Source: Podarcis vaucheri (Eukaryota). From it: a stretch of 64,000 nucleotides of DNA. The notes below the pieces were generated by a model that did not search any database, was not told the origin of the DNA, and saw only the letters and a program-made list of their open reading frames with translations. Shown piece by piece: positions 37,226 to 51,086 of this stretch. Where the stretch lies: assembly GCA_965113315.1 (NCBI GenBank), contig OZ220377.1. One strand, written 5' to 3'. The position numbers were made by a program, and so were the translations under genes. Each line of letters opens with the position of its first letter. Positions within the stretch are counted from its first letter, which is position 1.

Positions 37226-40200
37226 TCAGAGGCACCAGATGCTCCTAGGCTTCTGACTATGCAGGTGAGAGACAATTGTCTTCAGTTTCACTAGCATGCT
37301 TGCACCATGTTCTAGCAACCCACCACCCAGCCTGGAGTGGACATGTTTAGCCAACTTTTGGTTTCCACTAGGCAGCCATTCATTGAAACAGCCAATGAAA
37401 CCACTCGCTAAGTTCTCAAAGTTCTCACAGTGGCATCGATGCGAATAACAAAACAAAACCCAAATCCATAATTTCAGTTGAGCAGCCGCACAAAAAACTC
37501 AGCTTAAATGAAATGCTCATAAAACCTTAAGTTAAATAGGTCAGACTTGTCAGGCGGAGATCTCGCATGCTAACTTCCAACAAAGTGAAATTGCGCTGCA
37601 GGAGGCTCTGCTTCTAATGGAATTACTGACGGGTGGAGAACAATAGCTAGGCAGGTATGCGGACAAAATCTCTACTTGCAAACACTGCGATTACCACATT
37701 CAAGGGGCTGTGGCAGACACAAAGCTCAGTCATCTAAGGAAAGGTTTACTGTACCAATTTAAAGTTCCCTTCTCCTCCCCCATTTTGCTCCCAAATGTGC
37801 ATATGAGTTAGAAACATCCTGAATGGCTTGCAAAGGCACTCCAAATTCAGCACATAACTATACTTCCCTCCCTCTTCTTATCCTGTTTTGTTTGACCATT
37901 GCCCTCACAGTAGATTTTTCTCTGATGCCTGGAATTTGCCCTGCATAGAAGAGTTAATATGTGGCTTATTTGTCTCTCAACACTAAACAGGCATTCCTGA
38001 AATTATAGCAAAGTTGGAGAGGAACAAACCAAGAATCAAACCACAAGTCCCTGTTCATTGTGTGGCCCTCTGTAGCTGCAGGAATCAAAGGCCACTGCTT
38101 TGAGGCCAGGTGGCGGTGCAGCATTTTGCAGATACAACAAGACATGTTGGAAGCAACCATTGATGGCTGTTTTGAGAATGAGTAGGCATGAAACTTGGGC
38201 TGGCATGCTCCTTCCTCCCATTTCCTTCATATGCAAGGGAGAAGACTGCGAGCTTCCACTTTTGGTATGCAATTTATCCTGGTTGGAGAACTCTGGTAGG
38301 GTCAGAACAAACATCTGCCATATTGTTGCAAACTCCAAATGGAAGCTTCTTTTTTCCTCCCCATAATGCGCTGGAAGGGGGGGGGCAGGGATGATCCTAA
38401 GGCAGGCCTCTGCTCTTTCTCATTAAAAAAAAGGATGCTCTGCTGTTACATCTGACTCTAGACCTTAACTTAGTACTCTCCTTACAGGTCTTGTTAAGTG
38501 TTCTTCATAGTTTCTAAGCCGGGGGGTGGGGAGAGGGAAGAGACTCCAAAAACGGTTGCCAAATTTGCTATGTTGCCATAATAAAGGTCTCTTCCCGATT
38601 TAGCTTTCCCCCCTCCCCCGCCTCTCTTTTGTTGAAACGTTAGCGTGTCTGCATATTCAGGACTTTGAGCAAACAATAATTAGCTCACTGCCTTGAAATA
38701 CCTCTGTAGATAATTTGAATTTTTCCTGCTAATACCTTCTCTTTTATTACAAGCCACTTCCTGCTGAAATTCCATCTCATACTAAGTACACCAAAGTGAG
38801 AAAATCGTTCGCTGTGACTGTGCATTCATTGGCGCGGCTCTCTTGATCACAGAGGCAGGTGCTGGAAAGGGAATGGCTAGGTCAGGTCACGCGTGAACTG
38901 TGAAGCGGCGGATAACGTCCTGGTTCTTTAGTGTCCCCCCCCTTCCTCAAGGACTGCCTCTCCTCATCCTCTCCACGGAGGCTTATTGGAGGAGATGTGG
39001 CCTCTGATACACCACTGACATGCCAATGCTTAGGTACCCCTTTCTCAGCACCACTTCAGGCCGCTGCCTGCCTGCAACCTAACAGAACGGTCAGCTGGTG
39101 TGCTTGAAACGGTGATTGGGAGGGCTACACCTTGTTCTGATTGCGAGTCCAAAAAGCTATTGAGAGCGTAAGACAATTACACCTGATTTTACAAGTGCTA
39201 TTTCTCTGAAAGGCATGGCGTGGACTCAAAAGGCTGCTGCAATCTGGACATCAGGCAGCAGATGAATGGGCTGTGCAATTTCTTCTGTAGCCCCATTGCA
39301 CTGGCGGTACCAAAGGAGGGGGAAACCTAAGCCAAGGCTTGCAGCTTAGTGTCGGTTATGAAAAAGAAAACAAGAGAACGTATTGCTATGCTCCAAGATC
39401 ACACATTCCTCACTAACAGGGGTGCCAAATATATTCTAATCCCGCAGTCTGAAAATGCAAGTGGCATATGCCGCCCTCTGGGCAGAGGTTTCACCACCAA
39501 CAGAAGACATACTTGTTCATCCAGGCTTTCTTTAATAGGATTCATTTTGATGCTTATTTTGTTTGGATTTGTTGTGTTTTATTATTGTTGCGTGAAGCAC
39601 TTTGGTACTGCCTTCTGCAAATAAGAAGCGGTATAGAAATCTTATTTTAAAAGATCTATTTAACCAAATCTATATACCGTTTGATTGCAGTGAGATCTTT
39701 AAGAGGTTTACAAGAGATGTTAAAATTATCAGCATAAAACCGCTAAAGCAATTCAAAATATTAAAAATAATAATTAAAATTAACAGTGAAAGAGATTAAA
39801 AATGCACTGGCATTTATGTGGCTGGATAGGCTTATATAAACAAAATCTGCATCATCATGAGTTATTATAAGACCAGGGATTCTAAACAGACTAAACTGGG
39901 AGTCAACTTCTCTTGTCGTGTCAGAAACTGGCAGAACATGCTCCGTTGGTAGATGGTTCAGTCACATACCTTCTCTGCCCACCCTTCTGGTAACTTGCAT
40001 CACATCTATATATATATATATCTCCCTTGGGTGCCTCAGTGGCACCCAAAAGCTGTCACCTGAGGCAGCTGGTTTGTCGTAACATTTGTTCACAAAACTG
40101 ACCAGCCTTGTTCCTAAGCAAGCAGGCAGCCTTGCAACAGTTCAAGCAACTTTGCTCATCTCCCTTTTTTTGCCTGCGTGCGCCTGTACATGCGTCTGTC

Positions 40201-41224
40201 TCTGTCTGTGTGTGTGTGGTTAAGCTTTTTTGATCAGACCTAACAAAGGTGCTAATGTATTATTAAAGCTAATGGAGCTCTACAAGAAATGTTAATGGAC
40301 ATTAAGTTTGCATAAATGAATTACACATTAGCACAGTAGCAAGACAGCTACAATCTGCCAATTTAGGCAGTATCTGATGGTTTTTGTTTTCCCATTATGG
40401 GGACATTACTCCCCCAATACTTTTGGGCGATATGAAAATTGTAAGCAGAATGCTCATAATGGAACAACATAATGAAGTAGAAGAAATAAATTAACACAGG
40501 GGCTTCTTTGTGTAATGTTATGGTTGAGCTGCATATACAAAAGATGTTTTGAATCACCATCTCCTGATCGCCCTGCTTCATTTCTGCTCCTCTGTGAACT
40601 TGAAGAGGTACTGGGGGACTGATGCCAGGTTGCTGCTCTTCCTTGTTTTCAAATGAATGATGTCACACTGCATGGGTCCCTTCCCATCCCAGAAAGAGGC
40701 CAGCCATTTCTGCCACAATTCTCAGCATTATTTCAGCATAAGAAACAAACAAGGAATATGCAGGTGCCAAGGCACCCCGGAACGGTAAGAGACCTCTGGC
40801 GCTCTTACTGAAACTGAAAGACACAGCTTAAGCAGATCAACAATCCAGCCAGTGGGATCTACTTTAAAGCATCCTGTAGTAACAATTCTTACATAACGGC
40901 ACATACACTATCAAGATAGGGCAGGATTGAGATACCCAAAGCTTCCAAAAGTGGAGTTCTGTGGTACTCCTAAAAAAGGAGACATATTCATCTTGTCAGA
41001 CGGAGGGACAGATGGACCCACCCCAGCATAATTTGGTTGCTAACTTGTACTTGCTGCTGCACAATGCTTGAAGCAGCTCATAACCAGAACCAGAATGGCT
41101 TACCTAAATGTCACCTGGGCTTAGGTAACACAGGGGCTTCTGCCTCACAGCTTCTAGAGTAGATGAAGAAGTGTGCGGAATTGAGCCGTAGTCACTAGAC
41201 TCTACTGGCACTCCATTTTAAAAA

Positions 41225-41545
41225 TAATTATATTTTTCATCAATACATTTTTTTTCCAATTCACTATAAAATTATTTTACAAATTATTTAAACTTTGACT
41301 TCCCTTCCGCCTATCCATGGTTTCCTTCTAGCTTTCCATTTTTTCCTGCATATTGCAGTCCCTCCATACTTTCTCTTTCTCACTTTATCTCCATGTATTT
41401 TATACTGCTGAATTTATTCTAATCCTGCTAACGTTTTAACCTGTTTGCTGTAATTTTTCATATACTCTACATGCATTTTCCAATTCTCCTGATATACTCT
41501 ATCTTCTTGTTCTCTTATTCTGATGGTTAGACCCACTGAATCTAC
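41225..41545 (-). mobile_element. L1-like LINE 3' end (ORF2 C-terminus and UTR)
   Basis: LTIRIREQEDRVYQENWKMHVEYMKNY...TLAGLE* resembles squamate L1 ORF2 ends, followed by an A-rich UTR. Family assignment is from memory. Confidence 0.55.
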
Positions 41546-41923
41546 CGGCACTCCAATCTGTTCTAGGATTTCATGTCTTTGTAGACGGCATTGATACATG
41601 TGTTTGTTTGTTTTTTGTAATAATAATAATAATAAACCTTGACACACTTCCATGTTAATATTTAAATGCTTAGTTCACATGTCTTGAGGCAGCTCTGCAC
41701 TGATAGCACAAGAACAGATGATGAGAAATAGTTTGTCTTCAAAAAGAGCAGGGAAAGAATGCCTTAAACCCAAATTCAATACTTTAAACCTCTCATTTAA
41801 TCAAATCAGATAAACAGCTTTTGTATGCTACAACGAACCAGAATTGTCTAATCAATCGCTTTGGTCAAGCCACGTCCATGTGTGGGGCAAGGGGGAGGGG
41901 AGGGTTGTGACTCTGGTACTCAC

Positions 41924-42079
41924 ACATTACATCTAGGTAGTACTTGGTCTGCAAGTCTTTGACGGCAGGATGGTCTACCTGACAGACAACAGCAACCCCA
42001 TCATCCTCTCGCTTGACCTTCAACGAAAGGCGACTGGTCACTGTAAACATGTCTGACCACTGCTCCTCTTCTGTTTTAC
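41924..42079 (-). CDS. CADM1: CADM1 exon 5 (156 nt, phase 1-1), second half of Ig2: (G)[51 protein letters not shown](Y)
   Basis: Acceptor tatgcag|GT and donor T|gtgagt. Overlaps ORF 41865..42050 and contains the DDGxxVxC motif. Confidence 0.96.
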
Positions 42080-42604
42080 CTGCATAATGGACATGAAAGG
42101 GGAGGAAAAAGAGCAGATAAATGGTAAATGACTAGACCCATGCCATATCTATCCAAGACCATCCTCCATCGCTGCATTTGTGTTGTCGTTTTCAACTGAA
42201 GTCACTTCTGCAATCTGTACTCATCTAGTAGTGACTTGCCTTGTTTAGCTTATCTATTCCAGAGCTTCTCTCCACTTCTGCAATTCTTAAATAGTTCAAC
42301 TATGCATATGCTGACCTATTCATAACCCTCCAACAGGCATATTCTTGCAACCTTATTCTCTGTTTTTATTTGCACATTCCTATAATCTGTGGGTGTTTGT
42401 AGGGTGGCAACACCTGCCTTTCATTGTTACTTTCCTACCTACGTACTTATTGGATTAATTTGTGGCACACTGATGACCTGCACAAAATAAAGGGAAACAA
42501 CTCATTTTTTAGTTGACAAGCAGCTTCTCTGCCTGGTGGGTCAGGAGGAAATTCTTAGTTGGTAAAGGTGGCCAGGTGAGTGGATGTTTACCTGCCTTAT
42601 ACAG

Positions 42605-42733
42605 CAGGAGTGGGGAACCTATGATCCCACAGATGGCGAACTCCCATCATCCCAGATCATTGGCCATGCTGGCTGGGGCTGATAGGCGTTAGATTCCAGA
42701 AACATCTGAAAAGCCAGAGGTTTCCCACATCTG
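42605..42733. mobile_element. Short palindromic hAT-like MITE
   Basis: Ends caggagtggggaacc / ggtttcccacatctg with an actcccatcatccc...ggctggggctga core. Confidence 0.6.
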
Positions 42734-43781
42734 GTATATACAGGGATACAGAGGGAAAAGAGGAGAGCTGGTATCAAAGTTAAGCAAACAGTTTTGCAAT
42801 GGAGCAGGGCTGGCAAGGCCCTTTTTCAAGTCAATCACAAGGAAAGGAAGCCTGTGAGTTCTTATTCTCTTATTCGCTTCCAGATTTAAAGGGGGGGGGG
42901 CTATCTCCTGCTCATGATATTAAACACAAAATCTACAGCGCTCGGCAGCGAGGATTAGGAATTCCAGGATGCCTTCCAAACACTTAAGTCAATGGAGCCA
43001 GAAATCCTCCACCCTCTTCCTCCAATGCCACTGCCAAAAGCCATCATCAATAATTAAGAGGGAAAGTGACTCCATGGATTTACATAATTAAAAGTAGTAA
43101 TTAAAATATTTAAACAGTGGTACTGTTGAAGACCCAGCAAAATACAGCAGCAATGGGCTGAAACAGAAGCAGAAGCAGAAGCACCCTGCCAAAGGGAAGC
43201 CAATTTCAACAGGCAGCAAAAGGTAAGGGAGAGCAGGGAAACGCCTGGGATTAAAGTGGAAAGGCTTCCCAAAAATTTGAGACGCCTGGCTTACTTGTCA
43301 AGGAGGGGTCTATCACAAAACCTCAACTCGTGCTCCAGATCAACTGACAAAGCACATTATAAAAAGACCACACCATTCGCTGCTCTGCACCCTTCTGAAC
43401 TGATTTTGCCTGGTTGGAATGTGTCCTTTGCTATGGCAGTGCCTCTTGCTTGCCTGGAAGATGGAGATGGTGTATGTGTGTTAGTGGAGGTGGGGGAGAC
43501 ATAGGAATCTCTGGCTTTTGCGTGGTTTGAATGTGACCTACTGGGGGTAAGAGTCACACCTGTTGCTCTGCCCACTTGCTGTCTCTGGTCTCACCCACCC
43601 CTGGCATGCAGCCCACAGAAGGTTGCCCATAATGAAATGCAGCTCTCAGGCTGAAAAAGATTCCCTTCTGCTGTTTTGAGTTATTCTCTCACATCACCAC
43701 GAGGGTATCCTGCTTATCAGCAAAACCATCTCTAAAAACCACAACCACACCATTAAGTTGATTGAGGGAGAAGGGGTCTAC

Positions 43782-43919
43782 CAAATAGCTCCTTGTTGCC
43801 TTTAAACCATCTGATCACTGTGGGTGGTCTGCTGGCCAACGATGTGCAATTCAGCTCAATTTCTTCTCCTTCCACTGTGGTCTCCTTCTGGGCTTCGATC
43901 CTCAAGTTACGTGGTGGGA
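43782..43919 (-). CDS. CADM1: CADM1 exon 4 (138 nt, phase 1-1), first half of Ig2: (V)[45 protein letters not shown](G)
   Basis: Not in the ORF track; translated by hand. Acceptor ttcattctag|TC and donor G|gtagac. The Ig Cys and Trp (NCT...IRWFKG) are present. Confidence 0.96.
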
Positions 43920-44493
43920 CTAGAATGAAACAGCATACAGATATATAAAGATCTCAGCATGTTGTTGTCTTTCATGACACCTCCAAGAAACTGAACATGT
44001 GGGATAGCTGCTGAAGAGGATAGAAGGTCCTCTTCAACTTACAATTTTGATTAAGGGAACACTTTGTTAAATGCATCACCATCTGCAATAATTCTAACAG
44101 ATCAAACATATTATAAATGCATCTTTAAAGTAGCACCCTGCTTTCGCCCTCTATTTGAATGTAAATTCCACATTTCCTATTCCAAAAATAATTAGCAAAA
44201 AATAGAGTAAAACAAACTAAGGGAGATTCAGGATTTTCAGACCAAGAGGGAAAGAAGAGGGTCGTTTTCCAAAGAAAATAAATGAAATGCAACCCAACAC
44301 GAATAATAGATTCTTGCATCAGAGAGCATTATTACAGAGAGAGCATCTTTCCTTCCTTTCAGGCATGTGTTCAGCACAGCTAAGTCATTTTTTATTTTTT
44401 TATTTTTTTGTGAAATCCAAAGCCAGAGGGTTGAATTGATCAATGAAATATAATCCGGTGGAGTCTGGAGCAGAAGAGAATCTGAAGCATAAC

Positions 44494-44857
44494 CAGGGCC
44501 TGCCCAAGACATTTTGGCACCTGAGGCGAACCACAAAAATTGATACCCCCACCCCCGCCAGGGAAGAAGAGGTGAGTAAAGATCGAAACCAGGAAGAAGG
44601 AGGGGGGGGGATAAGATGCTGGGAGTAGACCAGCAGCATCTCCTATTCATCTAGAGACCCTCGTAGAGGTGGTATGAGGGGAGTGCTGAGGAGGTGGCAG
44701 ATGTGGCCTCCAAGAAGCACACCACAGTCATTGATGCCACTGTGGCAGTGGAAGCAGCAGGGAGCAAAACATTCATTGGAGGCTGGATCTGGTGCCCCTG
44801 AGGATCCTGCCGCATGAGGGAGTGTCCTACCCTTGCCTCATGGGCAGGCTGGCCCTG
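44494..44857. mobile_element. hAT (Tip100-like, CAGGGCC ends) MITE
   Basis: Perfect 8-bp TSD agcataac at 44486-44493 and 44858-44865; ends cagggcc...ggccctg. Confidence 0.88.
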
Positions 44858-46918
44858 AGCATAACTACAGTATCACAAAGTCCACCAAAATGTGTAGATC
44901 TTTCCGTTATCCTCTTCCCCACCTCCCTGCTAACAGGGTGGGTGGGTGAGAATGGATGGGATAGGCGCTCCCCCCCCTTCTATTTTATAATCAGTAAAGA
45001 CAATGTTAACACAGTTGCCTGATGGTACTGTGTTTATTAAATCAAGCATTAAAATAAAGATTTAAATGGATATTGTTTATAAATGAGTGGACACATTTTC
45101 TTCATTGTTTTTGCTGTTATTGTACTAATGAAGCAGTTGCGCGATTCAGGTGTGAATAATATGTTCTGTTCTCTCCCCACCCACCAAAACGCAGGTAAGG
45201 AAGTATGCACAAAATGAATTGTGCAGATAATAAATTAGTTGTTTCTGGTCCATAAACAAGTGAATGGCACGGCGTCTTCAAAAAACAAAGGGAGGAGGAA
45301 GCACAAAGGTCAACAAGGCATGCAAGTCCCCTGTGGAATAGCAGCTTATGTCTGGTCTTCCCCTTGCCCCCCCATTTGCAAATAAGTCCCTACCCCCACG
45401 AATGTAGGTGGAACTCAAAGCCATGTGATGCATGCTGGACAGGTCAGCCCAAGTGTGTATGTGTGTGTGCACTGCACATATACACACTGCCATGTTGCTC
45501 CTTCCTCCACCCGAATCGTTCAGTCAGGGGAGAGGAGTAACACAAGAGCATCCCTGGAAGCACCTCAGCAGAAATGAATGTGTGTGTGTCCCCACATGCG
45601 CACACACTTGCTATCTTAGTTTGGGAAACATGAGAATAAAAAGCTCTCTTAATGCAGCGGTGTTAGGAAACAACTCTCAAGAGTGAAGGTAGCCGAACTT
45701 GAAATTCATATTAAAGGCTAATTTTAAATACCTTTTCAACACATATTAACATACTACAAACTGGAACTCATTAAATTGTGGGGGTGGAGGGTGGAGAGGG
45801 ATGAGTAAGAGCGGAGAACCTATATACCTAATCAGCAAGTGTGATCTCACTTGGTGATTGCTTGTTGCAATTCAGGTTCGTTACTGGAATGTTAGGAGAC
45901 AGCATTAATCTGGAGCTACGGCTGTTATGGTATTAGCAACTATTATCAGTGGATATGATAATCCCATAGTTATGCCTGTTCTGTAATCTTCTGAACTATG
46001 AGAAATGGAATGACACACACATACACACACAACAAACTTAAGGACTGGTGTCTGACAAACACCATATGCCACGAAGAAGAGAGGAGGGGGAGGGTGTTTC
46101 TTGAGTATAATTTGCAGTAGGGGTTGAAGCAACAATTTGGCTGCATTTGGGTTCAAATCCCCCACTTTATCACTTGAATATCTTCAGAAGCCTGGACAGG
46201 AAAATCCTCTCCTGTGTCATATGCTGGAGAGTTGCTGCTCCATGAATTATACAGAGTAGGAATGAAGGAGTCATGGGGTTTGATTCTATCTATCCATCCA
46301 TCCAAACAAATGTACATCTGTACGGAGCTCCTTATAACATTTCAGTGGCAAACCTGTTACCATCCCAGCCCCAACTGGGCAATAGGGAGCACAACAAAAT
46401 AGGGTGAGGGTTTAGGGTACCAGGCATATCAAAGAACACCCAAAGGGGTTGCCATCCATACCAGAGTTTGGCATCCTCACGTAAGATGGGTATGTGCTAA
46501 AGCACCCTCCAGAATCTGGATGAGGCTAGACTACAGCTCCCATCAACCCTTGCTACTGGCCATGCTGGCCGAAGCTTATGGGAACTGCAGTTCAACAGCA
46601 CCTGCAGGAAACCAGATTGGTGTAACCTAGGTATTTCTGCCCTTCGGAACCATCTCTATTGTCTTTTAGGCACTTGCTTAAGACTTTCTTGAAAGAGGAA
46701 AGTGGTGATTGTTATGCTACTTAGTATCAGTTCTAGGTTTGAAAATGATTTTACATTTGCAGTGGCTGGTTTTTAGAGATTGTTTCATATGGAATTTGGA
46801 TTTTTTTAAAAAATATTTTTATATATACACTTGTTTTAAGGCTATTTTTATTGTATTGTAAATTGCTTCAAGACGCCTTATAGGAAACAATTCATAAATA
46901 AAACTAATAATAACTATA

Positions 46919-47169
46919 CAGTCGTACCTTGGATTCTGAATGCCCTGGAACTCGGACGTTTTGGCTCCCAAACGCCGCAAACCCAGAAGTGATTGTTCTG
47001 GTTTGCAAATGTTCTTTTGGAACCCGAACGTTCAACAGGGCTTCAGCGGCTTCTTATTGGCTGCAGGAGCTTCCTGCAGCCAATCAGAAGCCACAACTTG
47101 ATTTTTGAACGTTTTGGAAATCAAACAGACTTCCGGAACGGATTCCGTTCGACTTCCAAGGTATGACTG
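46919..47169. mobile_element. pogo/Tigger-type MITE
   Basis: TIRs cagtcgtaccttgg / ccaaggtatgactg, TA TSD, and central palindrome attggctgcagga-gct-tcctgcagccaat. Confidence 0.88.
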
Positions 47170-48421
47170 TAATTAGTAATAATATGGATTTACAGTGCAA
47201 TCCAATGCACGTTTACTCAGAAGTAAGTAGCCTATGTTCAGTGATATTCCTTTCCAAGCAAGGTGACTGCAACCTCAGTTTTCCTTCCTGTTAATTCCAT
47301 CAAGAATATGAAATACAACCTTTAGTGAAAAACAGCTTTGAGTAAACACATTTTACATCTAATAATTTTAACACTTCGGCAAAAGATGGAAGTGTGCAAT
47401 GGTATATATATGGGGACAATATGATTACATACCCAGCTGGGGGAAAAAACAGAACTAAGAACAATATAAATATTGCCCATTATTGTACACTGAGAATATG
47501 GTCCAGCATTTGTGGGCTACAATTAAGCACACAGAGATCCTTAGAAGCATCATCACCCTGCCAAGAGGTGTAACTTCCTGCACATGCATATAATGCTTGA
47601 TTTTTTCACATTGTAGCACAGACTGTAACACAGAAGCTGTTACATTACCCATCATGCCCTTTATTAGATAGTCTCAGAACTCTAAAAATAAACAGAGAGG
47701 TTTGGAATAAAGCAATGAGTGCAGCCAAGAGTGTTTTGTCAAGGGACTAAATACTCACACCCTAATTGGCAAATATTTCTAACTTCTGTAATGGGTTTTG
47801 ATAGAAGCTTGGATTCATGGGTGCAAATGTAAGGGTTTGGGGGAGCACAGAAGAATATGAGCTAAAGTAATTGCCTGGAAAACCACAAATGACACTCCAG
47901 ACAGCTGTTGCCAGGGGAACAGTTATTTGCAACAGCTTCCTCCAGAATTTATGGGTTTGCCCACCTCCTGCCATTCTCCTCCATATGTCTGGAGAATGCC
48001 TTATGTACATGCATGTAAGGCAATACAAGTGTGTGGTAGATGAAGGCAACTTGGAACACATGATGAAGTAGTACATTTTGGGAGTGTGAAGCCAAGAAAT
48101 CTTAATGTGTGTCTGCATGCTGACTTTCCCAGGTACAATTCTGTGGATTAGGGTCCTAAGGTTTTAACAAACAAATCTTCTGGATTTTTCTCCTTCTGAC
48201 ACTATCTTCATCCATCCCAAGACATGAAAAGGTGTGCCGCTGTCTACAGAACATTGCATGAGAAACAGCCCCAGTAAGGAGGATTTATTTCAGTGCCTGT
48301 GTTGAAGGCGAGATGGCTATAAAGCAGGTTTTAAAAATGTCCAAGAATCTGCTTTTTCCTCCCACCACCTTGCCACTCCCAAGTGAACTAAAGATGGAGT
48401 CTGGGGCTGACTGGTCCTTAC

Positions 48422-48574
48422 CAAGCACTGTAATCGTCATAAAGTATTCCTGTGGGGGGTCCGTGTAGAGTTGGCAGAAGTATCTTCCTTCATCCGAAAT
48501 GGAGACATTCGTCAGTGACACTCTGAGCTCACTGCTAGAGAAATTCACTAACTGAAACCTGCTGTCCTTCAAAG
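48422..48574 (-). CDS. CADM1: CADM1 exon 3 (153 nt, phase 1-1), second half of Ig1: (P)[50 protein letters not shown](V)
   Basis: Acceptor ttccacag|CT and donor G|gtaagg. Contains the Ig DEGxYxC motif and is in frame with exon 2. Confidence 0.97.
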
Positions 48575-50326
48575 CTGTGGAACAAAGATACAATTAGAAA
48601 CGGCAATGTTATGAGACATACAGTGCTTCCCTCCCAGATAAAACAGTGAAAACCAGAAGCCTGGAGAGGTGGCAGCAGCGTTGACATGCAGTAGCAATAC
48701 CACCCTCTTTTTCACATCCTGTTATTTTGGCTCATTATGTTACAATCTGGAAATAAACAATACTAGTACTCATCAATCAATACAAATAATCTAAACAAAA
48801 GCCCCATATCAAGTACTGATAATTACTCTCCCCCTTCCTGTCTACTTGCTCAAAGCTGCAAGAAGCCTTTAACAAATGAGCTGCTACAACATACGGAGCC
48901 CCGTTTCCCAGGCATTCCCAACTGGATGCCCTCCAGATATCTTTGGCTGCAAGGCCCATCAGCCCCAACCAGCATGACCAATGACAAATTGGGTGGGGAG
49001 CAATATCTGGAGGGTTGCAGGCTGCCAAAGGATAGATGGACGGAAAGCCCATGAACAGAGATTTCACAAATTAAACTGGAGAAGGTTTATGACATGTGGG
49101 GAGAATGTTTAAGCAAACAACTTCCAGCAGAACTTTGGTTTTGCCAATTCATCGGAAACATTTAATCAAGCAACACAAAGCTGGAGAGATGCATTGCAGG
49201 CTCTTCCGAGGTCCAGAAGTTTAGAAAGTTAGATAAAACATATTAATCAAATAAATTGTTGGAAGTTTTCTGATGTTTTTAATACAACACCAAGTAATTT
49301 CTGGGACCAGAAGAACATGCATCAGTTCAAACACAGGCATATTCCTACTTCTACTAACCCCTAAGAAATCTACTACCTACATCTCCCCCACCTATCCCAA
49401 CATATCAAAAGAATAAAGAGAGGTGGTGGGAGAAGAGCACCATTCCAAGGGCTAGGTAATATACCTCACCAGCTCCTCCATGATGCCATGTTTCACTATC
49501 AGCCCTTTTGTTAGTCTCCAGACAAATTACGAAAATGTCTCCAGATTTCCCCTCCTTGCTTAGGGCACATGGCTGTTTGCAGAAGGATATCTCTGCCCCA
49601 TTATTCCTGGCCTCACCTGATGCATGATTTCCAATTTTGAAAAAAAATGTGTCCCTGCAAAAAGAAGCACTCAGAAGAACCAAGTTTTGTGGCCTGCTGA
49701 CATATCCATGTCAATTTGCTCCAAAATATTAGGGAACATATTGTTCCTAACTATAAATGTCATTTTAAAAAGGATGGGAGACAGGGCACTCCCAGGAGAA
49801 AGATGGCTTGTGTCTACTAACCTTGGGCTATAAACGACCCCGTATATCTTAGTTATATTTTCCTAGAAAGTAGGCAAAGATTCCAAGAGCACTCAATTTG
49901 AATTATAACAGCGTCTCTTATTGATAAGGTTTTAAACACATGTTCAAGACCATCCTAACATCATTCTTCAGTTGGATTAAGGAAGGATTGGCTTGAACAT
50001 TCCAACCACCGAGCCAAACACATCTCCTTATCCAATGGTAAGCACATCCTGCTTTGCCCTATTCGATTTGTTTGTGTCAACTAAATATTTTGGCACTTAA
50101 TTGCAATTCAGAGTGAATTACTGTGGTCAATTCCTCTTGCACTGCAAGATGGTCTGACTCTTAAAAAGGTCTATAGCTAGTCTTTCCATTAAAGCAAGTG
50201 ATTATGATTGCCTGCCTTTGCCTACTTACTGAAGAATTGACTAAACCTTTAAAATGTCTGACATTAAATTAAAAGGAGCCTTCAGCAACCTCTTTATCAA
50301 GATTTGCCAAACACCACAGAACTCAC

Positions 50327-50473
50327 GTCTGAAGTCTCTGAAATAAATCGTCTGTCTATTGGGATTCAAGAGCTGAATCACGGAGTCATCACTGTTTCTG
50401 ACTTTGCAGCTGATGGTGGCAACTTCCCCCTCTACGACGGTCACATCTTCTGTAACCAAATTCTGTCCATCAC
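50327..50473 (-). CDS. CADM1: CADM1 exon 2 (147 nt, phase 1-1), first half of Ig1 V-set domain: (G)[48 protein letters not shown](P)
   Basis: Acceptor tcttaag|GT after a pyrimidine tract and donor C|gtgagt. The peptide matches recalled vertebrate CADM1 ([23 protein letters not shown]) and overlaps ORF 50241..50459. Confidence 0.97.
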
Positions 50474-50657
50474 CTTAAGATGTTAAAGAAAAAGAAAAAG
50501 ACAGGACAGGTCAACTCACATTCAGTCAATATGGAAGCCAAATACCCTCTCACCCCACGCAAATGCAGCAAATTAGTTGTGAACTGGACACATGAAGACC
50601 TGTGGTTAAGTGAAGACATGGTGCACAGTACCCCTGACTAACACTGATTTGTCAGTT

Positions 50658-50662
<5 letters not shown>

Positions 50663-50696
<34 letters not shown>
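50663..50696. repeat. (CA)n microsatellite, read as (UG)n in the pre-mRNA about 190 nt upstream of exon 2
   Basis: Direct reading. Confidence 0.95.
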
Positions 50697-50701
<5 letters not shown>

Positions 50702-50783
50702 AAACTCTTTTGCTGGATGGGGTGAACAGCAACTTGCCTCAGGGAAATAGGTGGCAGGAATGCTTGCCTCTCATGTCTGGCAC

Positions 50784-51086
50784 CAGGGCCATCTTATCCA
50801 TAGGCGCTAGGGGTGCGGGGCACCTGGGCGCCGGGCTCTCAGGGGTCTCAGACCGAGAGTCTGGGGCTCGAGAGTTGAGTCTGGGGGAAGAGCCCACCCG
50901 TCGGTCAGAGCACCGCAGTGGGCTCTTCTGCGGGTGGCTCTGTGTCATGAGTTTGGGGGTGACTGAGCCAGTGAAACACTGAGGCAGCCAGCTGGCTCCA
51001 CCCTCCTGCGTGCCTGGGACTGGGCAACCAGGGGGCACCGAGCAAATCTTTGCACCCCGGTGCTGCATATACTTAAGACAGCCCTG
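50784..51086. mobile_element. hAT (Tip100-like) MITE
   Basis: Perfect 8-bp TSD tctggcac at 50776-50783 and 51087-51094; TIR cagggccatctta / taagacagccctg. Confidence 0.88.
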
